Shown here in pieces: positions 1 to 10,552 of a stretch of DNA of 64,000 nt. Positions within the stretch are counted from its first letter, which is position 1; every line of letters begins with the position of its first letter. Under the pieces are notes generated by a model, which did not search any database, was not told the DNA's origin, and worked only from the letters and a program-made list of their open reading frames with translations. The DNA comes from Thiotrichales bacterium (GTDB lineage Bacteria > Pseudomonadota > Gammaproteobacteria > Francisellales > CACEW01), in the NCBI GenBank assembly GCA_947476405.1, contig CANJQG010000006.1:5522-69521 (forward strand), read 5' to 3'. A program made the position numbers and the translations under genes.

Positions 1-74
1 GCAAAATGATCGAGATGTTGGAAGAACTAGATGATGTCCAAAATGTCTATTCTAATGGCTCGGTTTCTGAATGA
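1..74 (+). CDS. yebC: YebC/PmpR-family regulator, C-terminal fragment (gene starts left of the window)
   Basis: Frame 3 reads KMIEMLEELDDVQNVYSNGSVSE-stop. LE-LDDVQNVY is the conserved YebC C-terminus. The stop overlaps the ruvC ATG (ATGA). Confidence 0.75.
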   Translation, partial: KMIEMLEELDDVQNVYSNGSVSE

Positions 75-586
75 AAATATTGGGCATTGACCCAGGCTCC
101 CGCATCACAGGTTTTGGCTTGATTGAAATTGAGGGCCGGACCGCGCATTATGTGGCAAGCGGCTGCATTCGAATAAAAAGCGAAACAGTGGATTTGCGTC
201 TCAAAGAAATTTTAGATGGTTTGACAGAAGTCATTGACACTTTTTCGCCAGACACTTCTGCAATTGAACAAATTTTTATGCATAAAAGTCCAGACTCCGC
301 CCTAAAGCTCGGTCAAGCACGGGGCGTTGCCATTGTCACTCTGGCTTCAAAAAATCTGAGCGTCTCCGAATACTCTGCCCGTCAAATCAAACAGTCTGTT
401 GTGGGGTATGGCGCAGCGGATAAAGCTCAAGTCATGCACATGGTCAAAAATTTATTACGAATTGATCATGATTTAAAAACAGATGCTTCAGATGCATTAG
501 CCGTCGCGCTCTGCCATTTCCATACTTCACAAAGTCTATTACACTTACAGGGTGCCAAAAAAATTGTACGAGGACGCTTAAGATGA
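71..586 (+). CDS. ruvC: Holliday junction resolvase RuvC
   Basis: 171 aa. The N-terminal MKILGIDPGSRITGFG and C-terminal DASDALAVALCH match the RuvC catalytic Asp motifs. ATGA overlap with ruvA. Confidence 0.95.
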   Translation: MKILGIDPGSRITGFGLIEIEGRTAHYVASGCIRIKSETVDLRLKEILDGLTEVIDTFSPDTSAIEQIFMHKSPDSALKLGQARGVAIVTLASKNLSVSEYSARQIKQSVVGYGAADKAQVMHMVKNLLRIDHDLKTDASDALAVALCHFHTSQSLLHLQGAKKIVRGRLR

Positions 587-1176
587 TCAGCCGTTTACAA
601 GGAATTCTTTTAACCAAAGATTTACCCACGATTCTTGTGGATGTGAATGGCATTGGCTATGAAGTCGATATCCCCATGACGACATTCTATGATTTGCCTG
701 AGGTGGGGCAGCCTATTATCCTTCACACCCATTTAGCCATTCGCGAAGACGCTCATCAACTTTTTGGCTTTTTACAAGAATTAGATCGCCGCCTTTTTCG
801 GGAGCTGATTAAAGTCAATGGAATTGGAGGGCGCAGTGCTTTGGCGATTTTATCCGGAATGAGCCCTACCGATTTTATCCAGTGTATTTTGCAAGAAAAC
901 TTAAGCTTACTGATTAAAGTACCCGGCATTGGTAAAAAAACCGGCGAACGCTTAATTATTGAAATGCGTGATCGCCTCAAAACCCTTCAGAAAAACACCT
1001 CAATTCCTGCAGCTGCAACAAACAGCACAAGTAATCACGCAAAAGATGAGGCTTTAGCCGCGTTGGTCTCTTTAGGATATCGCAGTCAAGATGCCCAAAA
1101 AATGATAGATAAATCGTATGCAGATCAAATGACCGCAGAAGAACTTATTCGGAAAACCCTCAAAAATATGATGTAG
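583..1176 (+). CDS. ruvA: Holliday junction DNA helicase subunit RuvA
   Basis: 197 aa. Starts MISRLQGIL..VDVNGIGYEV and has two helix-hairpin-helix motifs (VNGIGGRSALAILS, VPGIGKKTGERLIIE). Confidence 0.95.
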   Translation: MISRLQGILLTKDLPTILVDVNGIGYEVDIPMTTFYDLPEVGQPIILHTHLAIREDAHQLFGFLQELDRRLFRELIKVNGIGGRSALAILSGMSPTDFIQCILQENLSLLIKVPGIGKKTGERLIIEMRDRLKTLQKNTSIPAAATNSTSNHAKDEALAALVSLGYRSQDAQKMIDKSYADQMTAEELIRKTLKNMM

Positions 1177-1185
1177 GAGCCTATC

Positions 1186-2175
1186 GTGCAACCTCAATTT
1201 GAATCTCGTCTCACCCCCTATCTTCCAGAAGATTATCGTGAAAAAATTAAAATCTTACTGAAAGAAAAAAACGCTGTCATCATTGCCCATTATTATGTCG
1301 ATGCAGAGATTCAATCTTTGGCAGAAGAAACCGGAGGCGTGATTGCAGATTCGCTCGAAATGGCACGCTTTGGCGCCAGAGACCCAGCTCAAACCCTGAT
1401 GATCTGTGGAGTCAGCTTTATGGGGGAAACCGCCAAGATTCTCTCCCCTGAAAAAACAGTTTTAATGCCTACCTTGCAGGCAACCTGCTCTTTGGATATT
1501 AGCTGCCAGCCGGAAGAATTTAAGGCGTTCATCGATCAATATCCCGATCGTGAAGTGGTCGTCTATGCCAACACTTCTGCAGCCATAAAAGCCATGGCGG
1601 ACTGGGTCGTGACCTCCAGCATCGGAATTGACGTCATTCGCCATCTTCACTCAGAAGGTAAACAGCTAATTTGGGCACCAGATCGCTATCTCGGAGACTA
1701 CATCCAAAAAAAAACTGGGGCGGATATGTTACTCTGGCAAGGCTCCTGCATTGTTCATGAAGAATTTAAGGCCGCCAGTCTCAGCGCATTAAAAGCCGCA
1801 CACCCAGAAGCCGCCATTTTAGTCCATCCAGAGTCTCCCGCTGAAGTGATCGCCATGGCCGATGCCGTGGGCTCAACCTCACAATTGCTAAAAGCCAGCC
1901 AGACCCTCCCCCATCAGACCTTTATCGTTGCGACAGATAAAGGTATTTTCTATAAAATGAAACAAGCCTCACCGAATAAAATTTTTATTGAGGCCCCTAC
2001 CGGCGGGGTGGGCGCAAGCTGTCGTTCCTGTGCACATTGCCCTTGGATGGCGATGAACCATCTCCAAAATCTTTATACAAGCCTACTCAATCAAGATAAT
2101 GAGATAAAAGTCCCGCCTGAAATCATTCAAAAAGCACTGACCCCACTCGAAAGAATGCTTCGCTTTAAAGTTTAA
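1186..2175 (+). CDS. nadA: Quinolinate synthase A
   Basis: 329 aa with a GTG start. [16 protein letters not shown] and the conserved Cys positions ([25 protein letters not shown]) fit NadA. Confidence 0.9.
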   Translation: MQPQFESRLTPYLPEDYREKIKILLKEKNAVIIAHYYVDAEIQSLAEETGGVIADSLEMARFGARDPAQTLMICGVSFMGETAKILSPEKTVLMPTLQATCSLDISCQPEEFKAFIDQYPDREVVVYANTSAAIKAMADWVVTSSIGIDVIRHLHSEGKQLIWAPDRYLGDYIQKKTGADMLLWQGSCIVHEEFKAASLSALKAAHPEAAILVHPESPAEVIAMADAVGSTSQLLKASQTLPHQTFIVATDKGIFYKMKQASPNKIFIEAPTGGVGASCRSCAHCPWMAMNHLQNLYTSLLNQDNEIKVPPEIIQKALTPLERMLRFKV

Positions 2176-2342
2176 ACTCATTATTTTTAACAAAAACATT
2201 TCTTTAAAAATCAATGCATTACATATCAATCATAAAATACTATTTGCATTAATTAATTTTCCGGATATAATGAATATTACGTAAGAATATTTACGTAAAC
2301 TATAAAAAGCAAAATAATAATAACAAACAAAAAGGTGAAAAA

Positions 2343-2522
2343 ATGACAACATTGACGACTCCATCTAGCAGGGCTCACTCAAATACCCAAGATTCTTTGA
2401 TTCGGCAGCGTTTACGTGGCTATTCGAACCACCAGGCTCTCATGTTTCAATCGATTGATGCAGTTTCAACTGCAATTTCTGATATGCTTCAACAAATCCG
2501 AGTGGCTTCAAGCCAAAAATAA
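2343..2522 (+). CDS. Hypothetical small protein (59 aa), not in the ORF track
   Basis: ATG at 2343 preceded by AAGGTG 7 nt upstream. Reads MTTLTTPSSRAHSNTQDSLIRQRLRGYSNHQALMFQSIDAVSTAISDMLQQIRVASSQK-stop. No family recognised. Confidence 0.3.
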   Translation: MTTLTTPSSRAHSNTQDSLIRQRLRGYSNHQALMFQSIDAVSTAISDMLQQIRVASSQK

Positions 2523-2529
2523 AAAAAGA

Positions 2530-2605
2530 TGGTAGGCACGAGTGGAATTGAACCACCGACCCCCACAATGTCAATGTGGTGCTCTAACCCCTGAGCTACG
2601 TGCCT
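2530..2605 (-). tRNA. tRNA-Val (anticodon GAC)
   Basis: The reverse complement folds as a cloverleaf: acceptor AGGCACG/CGTGCCT, anticodon stem CCACA/TGTGG with loop TTGACAT, T-arm GGTTCAATTCC, encoded CCA. Ends may be off by 1 nt. Confidence 0.9.
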
Positions 2606-2631
2606 AAAATTCGCGGGTTTAAAAGAGAATT

Positions 2632-2707
2632 TGGTGGGTTGTGTGGGAGTCGAACCCACGACCAATAGATTAAAAGTCTACTGCTCTACCAACTGAGCTA
2701 ACAACCC
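2632..2707 (-). tRNA. tRNA-Lys (anticodon UUU)
   Basis: The reverse complement is GGGTTGTTAGCTCAGTTGGTAGAGC..loop CTTTTAA..GGGTTCGACTCCCACACAACCCACCA. Acceptor GGGTTGT/ACAACCC. Ends may be off by 1 nt. Confidence 0.9.
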
Positions 2708-2794
2708 AACCAGGCCTGTATTATACAGATCTATTGGGTTAATGCAAGGGGTTTTTGAAAAAAAATTTTCAGAGGTCACGTTGCAAGTTGCACT

Positions 2795-3649
2795 TTAAAA
2801 TCGCTTGACCCAATGATGGCAATAAGGAGCCTTATTATTCTTTTGATAATAATCCTGATGATAGGCCTCTGCCGGCCAAAATACTGAAACAGGATAGAGC
2901 TTTGTTGCTAAGTCAAGGCCCTGCTGAATCAATTGCTGCATGACTTTTTCTGCCACCTCTCGCTGCTCGGGTGTGTAATAAAATATGGCACTGTAGTACT
3001 GAGGCCCGAGGTCGGGACCCTGCCCATCACGCTGACAAGGATCGTGAATTTCAAAAAAATAGCGAAGCAATGCCATCATGCTTATTTTTTCGGGATCAAA
3101 CAGAACACGCAACACTTCAAGATGACCCGTATTTTTTTGACACACGGCCTCATAGCTGGGATGACTCAGATGACCACCCATATAGCCAACCTCGGTTTTT
3201 AACACCCCTGAAAGACGCTTTAAATAATACTCTACCCCCCAAAAACAGCCGGCTGCCAGAATGATTTCCCCTGAATTCAAGACCGTTTGATCTGAGGTAA
3301 AATCGAGACTTAATGAATTAACGCAATGTCTCAGATTACGTTCGGTATGCTGCTCTCCTGTAAAAACATGCCCCAAATGTGCATCACAACGCATACATAA
3401 AATTTCTGTTCTCCGCCCATCCTCATCAGGCAATCGTTTCACCTGACCCGAAATTTCCAGATCAAAACTAGGCCAACCACACCCTGAATGAAACTGATCA
3501 TGCGCCCGAAACAAAGCCAATCCACAGCGGCGACACAGATACGTACCTTCTGATTGAGGCATGCAATATTCCCCGGTGAAAGGATGCTCCGTCTCTTTGT
3601 CTTGAATAATCCCCAAAACTGAGGGCATTAAAGAAGCAGTCTTATCCAT
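2795..3649 (-). CDS. msrAB: Bifunctional methionine sulfoxide reductase, MsrB domain followed by MsrA domain
   Basis: 284 aa. The N-terminal half carries the MsrB zinc CxxC pairs (CRRCG, CMRCDAHLGHVF) and RHCVNS. The C-terminal half carries the MsrA active site GCFWGVE. Confidence 0.9.
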   Translation of the reverse strand: MDKTASLMPSVLGIIQDKETEHPFTGEYCMPQSEGTYLCRRCGLALFRAHDQFHSGCGWPSFDLEISGQVKRLPDEDGRRTEILCMRCDAHLGHVFTGEQHTERNLRHCVNSLSLDFTSDQTVLNSGEIILAAGCFWGVEYYLKRLSGVLKTEVGYMGGHLSHPSYEAVCQKNTGHLEVLRVLFDPEKISMMALLRYFFEIHDPCQRDGQGPDLGPQYYSAIFYYTPEQREVAEKVMQQLIQQGLDLATKLYPVSVFWPAEAYHQDYYQKNNKAPYCHHWVKRF

Positions 3650-3669
3650 AGCACATCCTTTCCAATAAA

Positions 3670-4671
3670 TTAACCGGCTCCAAACGCAGCCATTAAATCG
3701 GGCATCACTTTCCTCAAACGGAGCAAAGTTGCCAAAGTTTGATTGACCTGCTCAATTCCCATTGTTTTTTGCTCTGACTCACCCAAAGTACAGGATCGCT
3801 CAATATTATAAACCATCCAGTGAATCCAGCCACAAGTTCCATCAAATGCTGCGGGCAGAAGCGAGAAATCAATGAGGCCTCCTGCTTTTTGATAGGCGCG
3901 AATCATTTTAACAAATAATTTCTGGTCAAATTGGGCGGTGATAATTCCACACCAATTGAGCGCAGTACTAATGAAATCATAGGTTGGATTGACAAAAGTT
4001 GCGGCTTCCCAATCAATCAAAATCGGCTGATGATCGATATCCCACAAGACATTTTTTTGATCCAGATCACCATGGCTCATCACCCTATTTTGCTTTAAAG
4101 GCTCAACTGAATGGGCATAGGCTTCATTCATCGCAATCAAATCTTGCTCATGAGCCCGCAAATCAGCTATAAAAGGGCAATTAAACTCTTCTGCTTTTTT
4201 AATTATATTGAGCAAAGACGCGGTGGGATAAGAATCTGCAAGCGCTTCTTCTGGCCTTGGAATCTCTAAATTAATTTGATGGATTTTTGCAAGGATTTCG
4301 GCCATTTTAAGGGCATGAAATTCAGAAACCACTTTGGAGTCAAGAACCTGAGCCTCAACCCAGGGGTACACCAAAAAATAAGTGCCTTCCACTTCGAATA
4401 AATGCTTTCCCTGAGACTGCAATGCAGCAATCGCCGGAATCCCTTGTTTGGCAAAGCGTGCGGCAATTTCTTCTGTTAATTCATAGTTACGACTGATCGC
4501 ATCATCCTGTAAATGAATATCCGATGAGAGCTGCTTGACGGCATACCCACCCTTTTCTGTTTGGATTTTCCACATGCGGTGCAAAAGACCACCATAGACT
4601 CGATTGGGCTCCACAATGGAGGAGCCCAAGTCAAAAGCGCTGCAGATTTCAAAGATCTCTTTTTTTTTCAT
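3670..4671 (-). CDS. Phosphotransferase-family kinase (APH/choline-kinase-like fold), substrate unknown
   Basis: 333 aa. Catalytic loop HGDLDQKNVLW and metal-binding LIDWEAA are typical of the aminoglycoside-phosphotransferase superfamily. Confidence 0.7.
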   Translation of the reverse strand: MKKKEIFEICSAFDLGSSIVEPNRVYGGLLHRMWKIQTEKGGYAVKQLSSDIHLQDDAISRNYELTEEIAARFAKQGIPAIAALQSQGKHLFEVEGTYFLVYPWVEAQVLDSKVVSEFHALKMAEILAKIHQINLEIPRPEEALADSYPTASLLNIIKKAEEFNCPFIADLRAHEQDLIAMNEAYAHSVEPLKQNRVMSHGDLDQKNVLWDIDHQPILIDWEAATFVNPTYDFISTALNWCGIITAQFDQKLFVKMIRAYQKAGGLIDFSLLPAAFDGTCGWIHWMVYNIERSCTLGESEQKTMGIEQVNQTLATLLRLRKVMPDLMAAFGAG

Positions 4672-4676
4672 AAGGG

Positions 4677-6101
4677 TTAAACCAAAGCTTCTTTTAAAAG
4701 TCGATTGACCTCATCTGGATTCGCTTTTCCGCCTGTTATCTTCATGACTTGCCCCACAAAAAACCCGAAAAGACGATCTTTCCCTGAACGATATTCTGCT
4801 AATTGTCCTGGATTTGCAAGAATCACTTCTTTGACAGTAGCCAGCAACGCTCCCGTATCCGAAATTTGCTTCAAGCCACGCGACTCAATCACTTGATCTG
4901 CTGTGCCTTCTTTTTGCCAGATCGCTTCAAACACTTCTTTGGCCATACGGCCTGAAATCGTGCCATCGACAATACGGATCAGCAATCCCGACAACGCATC
5001 TGCAGAAACCGGACTTTCTGAGATATCCAAGTTATCTTTATTCAAAAAAGCGGCCAAATCGCCCATCACCCAATTTGCGGTTAACTTCGCATCTTTTACT
5101 TGTAGGACAACGGATTCAAAATAAGCAGCATTTTCACGCTGCGCAACCAATACGTGTGCATCATAGACAGAAAGGCCATATTCTTGTTCAAAACGGGCTG
5201 CTTTTGCTTTGGGCAGTTCGGGCAAAGTGCCTTTTACTCCCTCTAACATCGCGGACTCAATCACCAAAGGCAAGAGATCTGGATCTGGAAAATATCGATA
5301 ATCATGTGCATTTTCTTTGGAGCGCAATGAACGCGTTTCATTTTTCACAGAGTCATACAAGCGTGTTTCCTGAACCACCACACCGCCCTGTTCAATCAAA
5401 GCAATTTGACGCGAAACCTCATACTCAATGGCTTTTTCAACAAACTTAAATGAATTCAGATTTTTGAGTTCTGAACGAGTCCCCAAGGATGCGCCAAATT
5501 GACGCACTGAAACATTCACATCACAGCGAAAAGAGCCTTCCTGCATATTGCCATCAGAGATTTGCAGATAACGCAACAGACTATGTAAGGTTTTTAAATA
5601 AGCAACGACTTCTTCTGCTGAACGCATGTCAGGTTCGGAGACAATTTCCAATAAAGGCGTCCCCGCGCGGTTTAAGTCAATCGCGGACATACCATTGAAA
5701 TCCTCATGAAGTGATTTACCTGCATCTTCTTCTAAATGCGCACGGGTAATCCCGATACGCTTGGTTTGACCTTGTTTTAATTGAATATCCAAATAACCAC
5801 CTGAGACAATCGGCAAATCAAACTGACTAATTTGATAGCCCTTAGGCAAATCAGGATAAAAATAATTTTTTCTTGAAAATACAGAGGTTTGATTCACCAC
5901 TGCATCGACGGCCAGGCCAAATTTAATCGCCATTTCAACCACAGATTTATTCAATACAGGCAAGGCGCCAGGCATCGCAAGATCGACAATACAGGCCTGA
6001 GTATTAGGCTCTGCGCCATAACGCGTTGCTGCGCCTGAAAAAATCTTGCTCCGGGTTGCAAGCTGAGTATGGACTTCAATTCCAATAACGGTTTCCCACA
6101 T
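4677..6101 (-). CDS. gatB: Asp/Glu-tRNA amidotransferase subunit B
   Basis: [14 protein letters not shown].. is the conserved GatB N-terminus. Start trimmed to Met12 of the track ORF, where TAATG links it to the gatA stop. Confidence 0.95.
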   Translation of the reverse strand: MWETVIGIEVHTQLATRSKIFSGAATRYGAEPNTQACIVDLAMPGALPVLNKSVVEMAIKFGLAVDAVVNQTSVFSRKNYFYPDLPKGYQISQFDLPIVSGGYLDIQLKQGQTKRIGITRAHLEEDAGKSLHEDFNGMSAIDLNRAGTPLLEIVSEPDMRSAEEVVAYLKTLHSLLRYLQISDGNMQEGSFRCDVNVSVRQFGASLGTRSELKNLNSFKFVEKAIEYEVSRQIALIEQGGVVVQETRLYDSVKNETRSLRSKENAHDYRYFPDPDLLPLVIESAMLEGVKGTLPELPKAKAARFEQEYGLSVYDAHVLVAQRENAAYFESVVLQVKDAKLTANWVMGDLAAFLNKDNLDISESPVSADALSGLLIRIVDGTISGRMAKEVFEAIWQKEGTADQVIESRGLKQISDTGALLATVKEVILANPGQLAEYRSGKDRLFGFFVGQVMKITGGKANPDEVNRLLKEALV

Positions 6102-7555
6102 TATTGCGCTCCTCCTGGATGTTGGGTATGCCAATCTGTGGCCAACTGAAACTGATGCGCAACATTTAAAATCTGCGCCTCTTTAAAATAATTACCAACA
6201 ATTTGCAAACCAATAGGTAAGCCACTGATAAAGCCCGCAGGAATCGAGACGCCAGGCAATCCGGCCATACTCACAGGCAAGGTATAAATATCTGATAAAT
6301 ACATGGAAACAGGATCTGCTTTTTTCTCTCCCAACTTAAAAGCAGGAGTCGGCGTTGTAGGCCCCATAATCACATCCACTTCTTTAAATGCTGCAATAAA
6401 ATCATTTGCAATCAAACGACGAATTTTTTGTGCTTTTAAATAATAAGCATCGTAATAGCCAGATGATAAAACATACGTCCCAATAATAATGCGACGCTTC
6501 ACTTCTGCCCCAAAACCCTCCCCTCGTGAACGTGAATATAAATCCTCTAAATTCACTGGATTTTCACAGCGATAGCCATAACGGACACCATCAAAACGCG
6601 ATAAATTGGACGAACACTCCGCTGGCGCAATCACATAATAAGATTCTAAGGCATAACGACTATGCGGCAAACTAATTTCAACTAGAATGGCCCCTAATTT
6701 TTCAAACTCTTGCAAAGCAGATTGAATCGCAGAAATGACTTCTGAGTCCAAACCTTCGGCATTAAAAAACTCTTTAGGCAATCCAATCCGCAGGCCTTTC
6801 AAAGGCTGATTTAGAAGGGCCGAATAATCAGGAACAGGCAAATCACAAGAGGTCGAATCACGTTCATCGCGACCCGCCATCACATTGAGCAATAATGCGC
6901 AATCTTCAGCAGTATGCGCCATGGGACCCGCTTGATCTAAACTTGATGCAAACGCAATCATTCCAAAACGAGACACACGACCATAGGTTGGTTTTAATCC
7001 GGTAATGCCGGTCATTGCAGCAGGTTGGCGTATGGATCCGCCCGTATCCGTTCCTGTCGCAGCGGGCGCAAGTCCAGCAGCAATAACGGCTGAAGATCCA
7101 CCTGAAGATCCACCCGGAATATACTCTGGATTCCAAGGATTTCGAACAGGGCCATAAAAACTATTTTCATTAGAAGAACCCATCGCAAATTCATCCATAT
7201 TGAGCTTACCCAGCATCGGCATTCCCGCCTGATTAAAACGCTCAATAATATGGGCATTATAAGGTGCAATAAAATGATCCAGCATCTTCGAACCACAGCT
7301 TGTTTTAACACCTTCGGTACAAAAAATATCTTTCTGCGCGATGGGAATCCCCGTTAAATAGCCTGCCTGTCCTGCTGCCCGCTGTACATCCGCCGCTTTC
7401 GCCTGAACCAAAGCTTGATCGCCGGTTTCAGTAATAAAACAATTTAAGTGTTTCTGCATTTTGATTTGCGCTAAATAATGCTGAATGATTTCCACCGAAG
7501 AAACTTGCTTCGTTCGCAATAATTCCGCCCATTCTTTTACCGTATTAAAAGACAT
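6101..7555 (-). CDS. gatA: Glutamyl-tRNA(Gln) amidotransferase subunit A
   Basis: Amidase signature [26 protein letters not shown]. Start trimmed to Met7 (MSFNTVKEW), 11 nt after the gatC stop. Confidence 0.95.
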   Translation of the reverse strand: MSFNTVKEWAELLRTKQVSSVEIIQHYLAQIKMQKHLNCFITETGDQALVQAKAADVQRAAGQAGYLTGIPIAQKDIFCTEGVKTSCGSKMLDHFIAPYNAHIIERFNQAGMPMLGKLNMDEFAMGSSNENSFYGPVRNPWNPEYIPGGSSGGSSAVIAAGLAPAATGTDTGGSIRQPAAMTGITGLKPTYGRVSRFGMIAFASSLDQAGPMAHTAEDCALLLNVMAGRDERDSTSCDLPVPDYSALLNQPLKGLRIGLPKEFFNAEGLDSEVISAIQSALQEFEKLGAILVEISLPHSRYALESYYVIAPAECSSNLSRFDGVRYGYRCENPVNLEDLYSRSRGEGFGAEVKRRIIIGTYVLSSGYYDAYYLKAQKIRRLIANDFIAAFKEVDVIMGPTTPTPAFKLGEKKADPVSMYLSDIYTLPVSMAGLPGVSIPAGFISGLPIGLQIVGNYFKEAQILNVAHQFQLATDWHTQHPGGAQ

Positions 7556-7565
7556 ATTTTCTTTC

Positions 7566-7847
7566 CTATTCAATCACTTTTGGAACCAAATACAACCCTG
7601 CAATGCATGCAGGCGCAAGATCTAAATACACATCACGACGATCCACCTCAGTGACACAATCTTCTCGCAAAAACTGTACCCCATCATGCGGGCGGTACAT
7701 CGGCTCTACACCTTCTGAATCCACGCTAAGCAAATGATCTGACAGTCCAACCATTTTAGCCAAAGCAGCTTGATAGTAAGGCATCTCTTCATCTTGAATT
7801 CGAATTCTTGCCAAAGCGGCCATTTTTTTGACAGTCTGTACATCCAT
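7566..7847 (-). CDS. gatC: Asp/Glu-tRNA amidotransferase subunit C
   Basis: About 93 aa from Met24 ([17 protein letters not shown]..). Position upstream of gatA-gatB. Confidence 0.85.
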   Translation of the reverse strand: MDVQTVKKMAALARIRIQDEEMPYYQAALAKMVGLSDHLLSVDSEGVEPMYRPHDGVQFLREDCVTEVDRRDVYLDLAPACIAGLYLVPKVIE

Positions 7848-7987
7848 CGCCGACTCCCTTCTTTTTAATTGATCGATCATTGTACCCAAACCCCCTCTTT
7901 TTTTCAAGTCAATCATCCCTCTTTTTTTATTTTCAGCCCACTTGCTCTTCCATAAAAAATAAGGTATGCTAAAAAAAATAATAACTT

Positions 7988-9367
7988 ATGAAATATTTTG
8001 TGCCTGCTTTATTTGACTCATTTAACCGCTCTGCCTTTTGGCTAGAACTCAAAAATGTAAAACGCCTCGCCATTCCGATTATTACAGGTGGAATTGTCAA
8101 CGCAGTCATTCCTTTTATGAATACAGCTTTTATCGGCCATCTTGGGGGTGATGCGCTGGCAGCAGGCGGGCTAGTGAATTCTTTTTTTGTATTCATCATG
8201 GTCTTATTTTGGGGTGTTTTTTCGACTACAAGCAGCTTAATCGCTCGATATGAGGGACAAAAAAACAGTCAAGCCAGCTCTGAACTCATCAAAACAGGCG
8301 TTGTTCTCGCCATTATTCTTTCTATTCCTGTCGTTATTTTTCTCCACTATGCTGATCGCGTTTTACTCTATTTTGGCGAGCCTGAACAAGTGGTCATCAT
8401 GGCCCATGCCTATTTTCGAACTTTAAGCTTTGCCATTTTGCCCGACTTTTTGTTGACTATTTTATATGATCTCTGTCTCGGACTATCCAAACCACGGCTT
8501 GTCATGCTAATGGCCACTATTTTAATCCCCCTTAACCTAGCCTTTAATAATTTATTTATTTTTGGGCGCTGCGGTGCGCCAAAGCTTGGGATTTCAGGCG
8601 TCGGCGTTGGTGCGAGCGTTTCCTTCTGGGTCGTTCTTTTTTTCATGGCAAGCTTGATGTACATGATGCCCCGCTTTCGATTTTATTTTAAAGGCAGGCA
8701 ATGGTTTTATCCTGAGCGCGCTAAAGAATTATTGCGAGTGGGACTGCCTGTCGGCGCAATGTGGGTTTTGGAAGTCGGTTTTTATGCCGTGGTGACTTTA
8801 TTTATGGGACGTGTCGGTATCATTGCTTTGGCTGCCCATCAAATGGCATTTCAAACTTACATGGTTTTATTTAATATTATCTACAACTTTAGCCAAGCCG
8901 TTTCAATTCGCGTTGCGGATGGCATGGGTACACAAAAGCCCGATCAAATTCGCTATGCTTATTTAAGTGGGCTGTTATTCTGCTTACTGACGTCTCTCCT
9001 TTTGCTGTTTTTTGTCACCCTGGGCGGAAAAATTATTCTGCATTTTTATTTAGGCGCGGAATATGCTCGCCAACCCGAATTGGTTAAATTAGCACTCAGC
9101 TTATTTCTACTCACTCCTCTTTTCTGCCTCTTTGATTCATTAGGATTTATGACCTTTGCTAGTTTACGCGCCATGAAAGACACCCGCTACACGATGCTCG
9201 TTGCTTTAGTGGTATATTGGTTTATCATTATCCCCCTGATTGCCTTCGGCGTTGATGTATTACACTGGCAAAATCCACGCCTTCTCTGGATGATGATGAT
9301 CATCGGTGCAGGCTTAAGTTTTGCAGCACAAAGCCGGCGCTTTATCAAAAAATATAGAATAGGATAG
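7988..9367 (+). CDS. MATE-family multidrug efflux transporter (NorM-like)
   Basis: 459 aa, about 12 hydrophobic segments. N-terminal LKNVKRLAIPIITGGIVNAV and the internal repeat ELLRVGLPVGAMWVLE are typical of MATE. Confidence 0.8.
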   Translation: MKYFVPALFDSFNRSAFWLELKNVKRLAIPIITGGIVNAVIPFMNTAFIGHLGGDALAAGGLVNSFFVFIMVLFWGVFSTTSSLIARYEGQKNSQASSELIKTGVVLAIILSIPVVIFLHYADRVLLYFGEPEQVVIMAHAYFRTLSFAILPDFLLTILYDLCLGLSKPRLVMLMATILIPLNLAFNNLFIFGRCGAPKLGISGVGVGASVSFWVVLFFMASLMYMMPRFRFYFKGRQWFYPERAKELLRVGLPVGAMWVLEVGFYAVVTLFMGRVGIIALAAHQMAFQTYMVLFNIIYNFSQAVSIRVADGMGTQKPDQIRYAYLSGLLFCLLTSLLLLFFVTLGGKIILHFYLGAEYARQPELVKLALSLFLLTPLFCLFDSLGFMTFASLRAMKDTRYTMLVALVVYWFIIIPLIAFGVDVLHWQNPRLLWMMMIIGAGLSFAAQSRRFIKKYRIG

Positions 9368-9377
9368 GACTCGATAG

Positions 9378-10259
9378 ATGATTAATCCGATTACGTTTCA
9401 AAATATGAATATTCATACCGTTTGGCAAACAGGTCCTTCCAAAAATTTACTCAGCTCAATTTTAATCGTCATTGTTGTCTGGCTGGTCTATCTGATTTTA
9501 CGTTTGATGATCAACAAGCGCTGTAAAAACCTCAAAGTTCGCTCCTCCTGGCGCACCCGCACTTTTTATTCTGCCTTGTTTTTTTCGATTTATTTTCTAG
9601 GACGAATTTGGCTCGATGGAATGCAGGATATCTTTACCTTTCTCAGCATTATTGCGGCGGCACTCACGATCACCCAGAAAGAAACCCTGATGAATTTACT
9701 GGGTTGTGCAATGATTTATTGGCGCGAGTTATTTCGCACGGGGGATCGCATTCAAGTGGGCCTCTATTATGGGGAAGTGACCTCTATCCGCACTTTCTAC
9801 TTTCACATGTTAGAATGTGATAAAGAAGCACTGGGAGACCAAACCACAGGTAAAATCATCACCCTACCTAATAGCCTGGTTATTACGACGCCGCTTATTA
9901 ACTTAAGTGAACTCTCACCTTTTATCTGGTATGAGTTTAGCCTGATTCTTACGCCAGATAGTGATCTGGACACTGCACGCACCGTACTCAGCGAACTCAT
10001 CGATACCGAAGTCAAACACTATTATTTAGAATCAAAGCATTATCTTAAAAAATTTGTGCGCGATAACTTTATTTCTGAACAACAACTCCGTACGCAAAGT
10101 TTTATTAAGGTCCATCAAAAAGAACCCACTGGATTTGAAATAACGGTTCGTTATCTCTGTATTCCCACGCAACGCCACGATTTAGAAACGCGTGTTTTAG
10201 AAAAATTTCTGCACTATCTCAAAATCGCTAAAGTCGCAAAATTGGCTTTTGAAAAATGA
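9378..10259 (+). CDS. Mechanosensitive ion channel family protein (MscS-like)
   Basis: 293 aa. N-terminal TM helices are followed by GDRIQVGLYYGEVTSIRTFY..GKIITLPNSLV, the MscS beta-domain signature. Confidence 0.75.
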   Translation: MINPITFQNMNIHTVWQTGPSKNLLSSILIVIVVWLVYLILRLMINKRCKNLKVRSSWRTRTFYSALFFSIYFLGRIWLDGMQDIFTFLSIIAAALTITQKETLMNLLGCAMIYWRELFRTGDRIQVGLYYGEVTSIRTFYFHMLECDKEALGDQTTGKIITLPNSLVITTPLINLSELSPFIWYEFSLILTPDSDLDTARTVLSELIDTEVKHYYLESKHYLKKFVRDNFISEQQLRTQSFIKVHQKEPTGFEITVRYLCIPTQRHDLETRVLEKFLHYLKIAKVAKLAFEK

Positions 10260-10546
10260 AACAATACTTGCTATACAGCCTGATCTTCATCGGCATCCAT
10301 GCGAATGCGAACAATAGCGTTGCCAATGCTGCAGCGGTTGCTGTCACGCAAAGCGCAGTGAATACGAGCATGCAAGTTTATTGGCAGGGGCAAGGCGTAC
10401 AATCCAATATTGTCAGCCTTCCTAATGGCACATCCTATGTCATCCCCGAGACTAATAGACCCAGTGGTACGCCTGCGACTTCTGGAACACCCTATAACAA
10501 TCAAAATAACCAAAATAATAAGCAAGCTTTTATAGACGAAAACTAA
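10256..10546 (+). CDS. Hypothetical secreted protein (96 aa), Asn/Gln-rich tail
   Basis: Signal-peptide-like MKQYLLYSLIFIGIHANA. ATGA overlap with the MscS-like gene. No family recognised. Confidence 0.4.
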   Translation: MKQYLLYSLIFIGIHANANNSVANAAAVAVTQSAVNTSMQVYWQGQGVQSNIVSLPNGTSYVIPETNRPSGTPATSGTPYNNQNNQNNKQAFIDEN

Positions 10547-10552
10547 CCTTGC

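Noticed and set aside
2530-2707. The tRNA-Val/Lys and tRNA-His/Arg/Pro (51411-51667) clusters as integration sites for genomic islands
   Set aside because: No integrase, no phage or IS gene and no direct repeat of a tRNA 3' end was seen nearby. The flanking genes are ordinary housekeeping genes.
5075-5449. Antisense or alternate-frame ORFs inside strongly conserved genes (for example 5075-5449 in gatB, 7012-7311 in gatA, 25832-26188 in hrpA, 39764-40177 in dnaA, 38490-38862 over the cfa end, 45255-45623 over secB)
   Set aside because: Each is fully embedded in a gene with an unambiguous family identity. None has a recognisable motif or a plausible start context.
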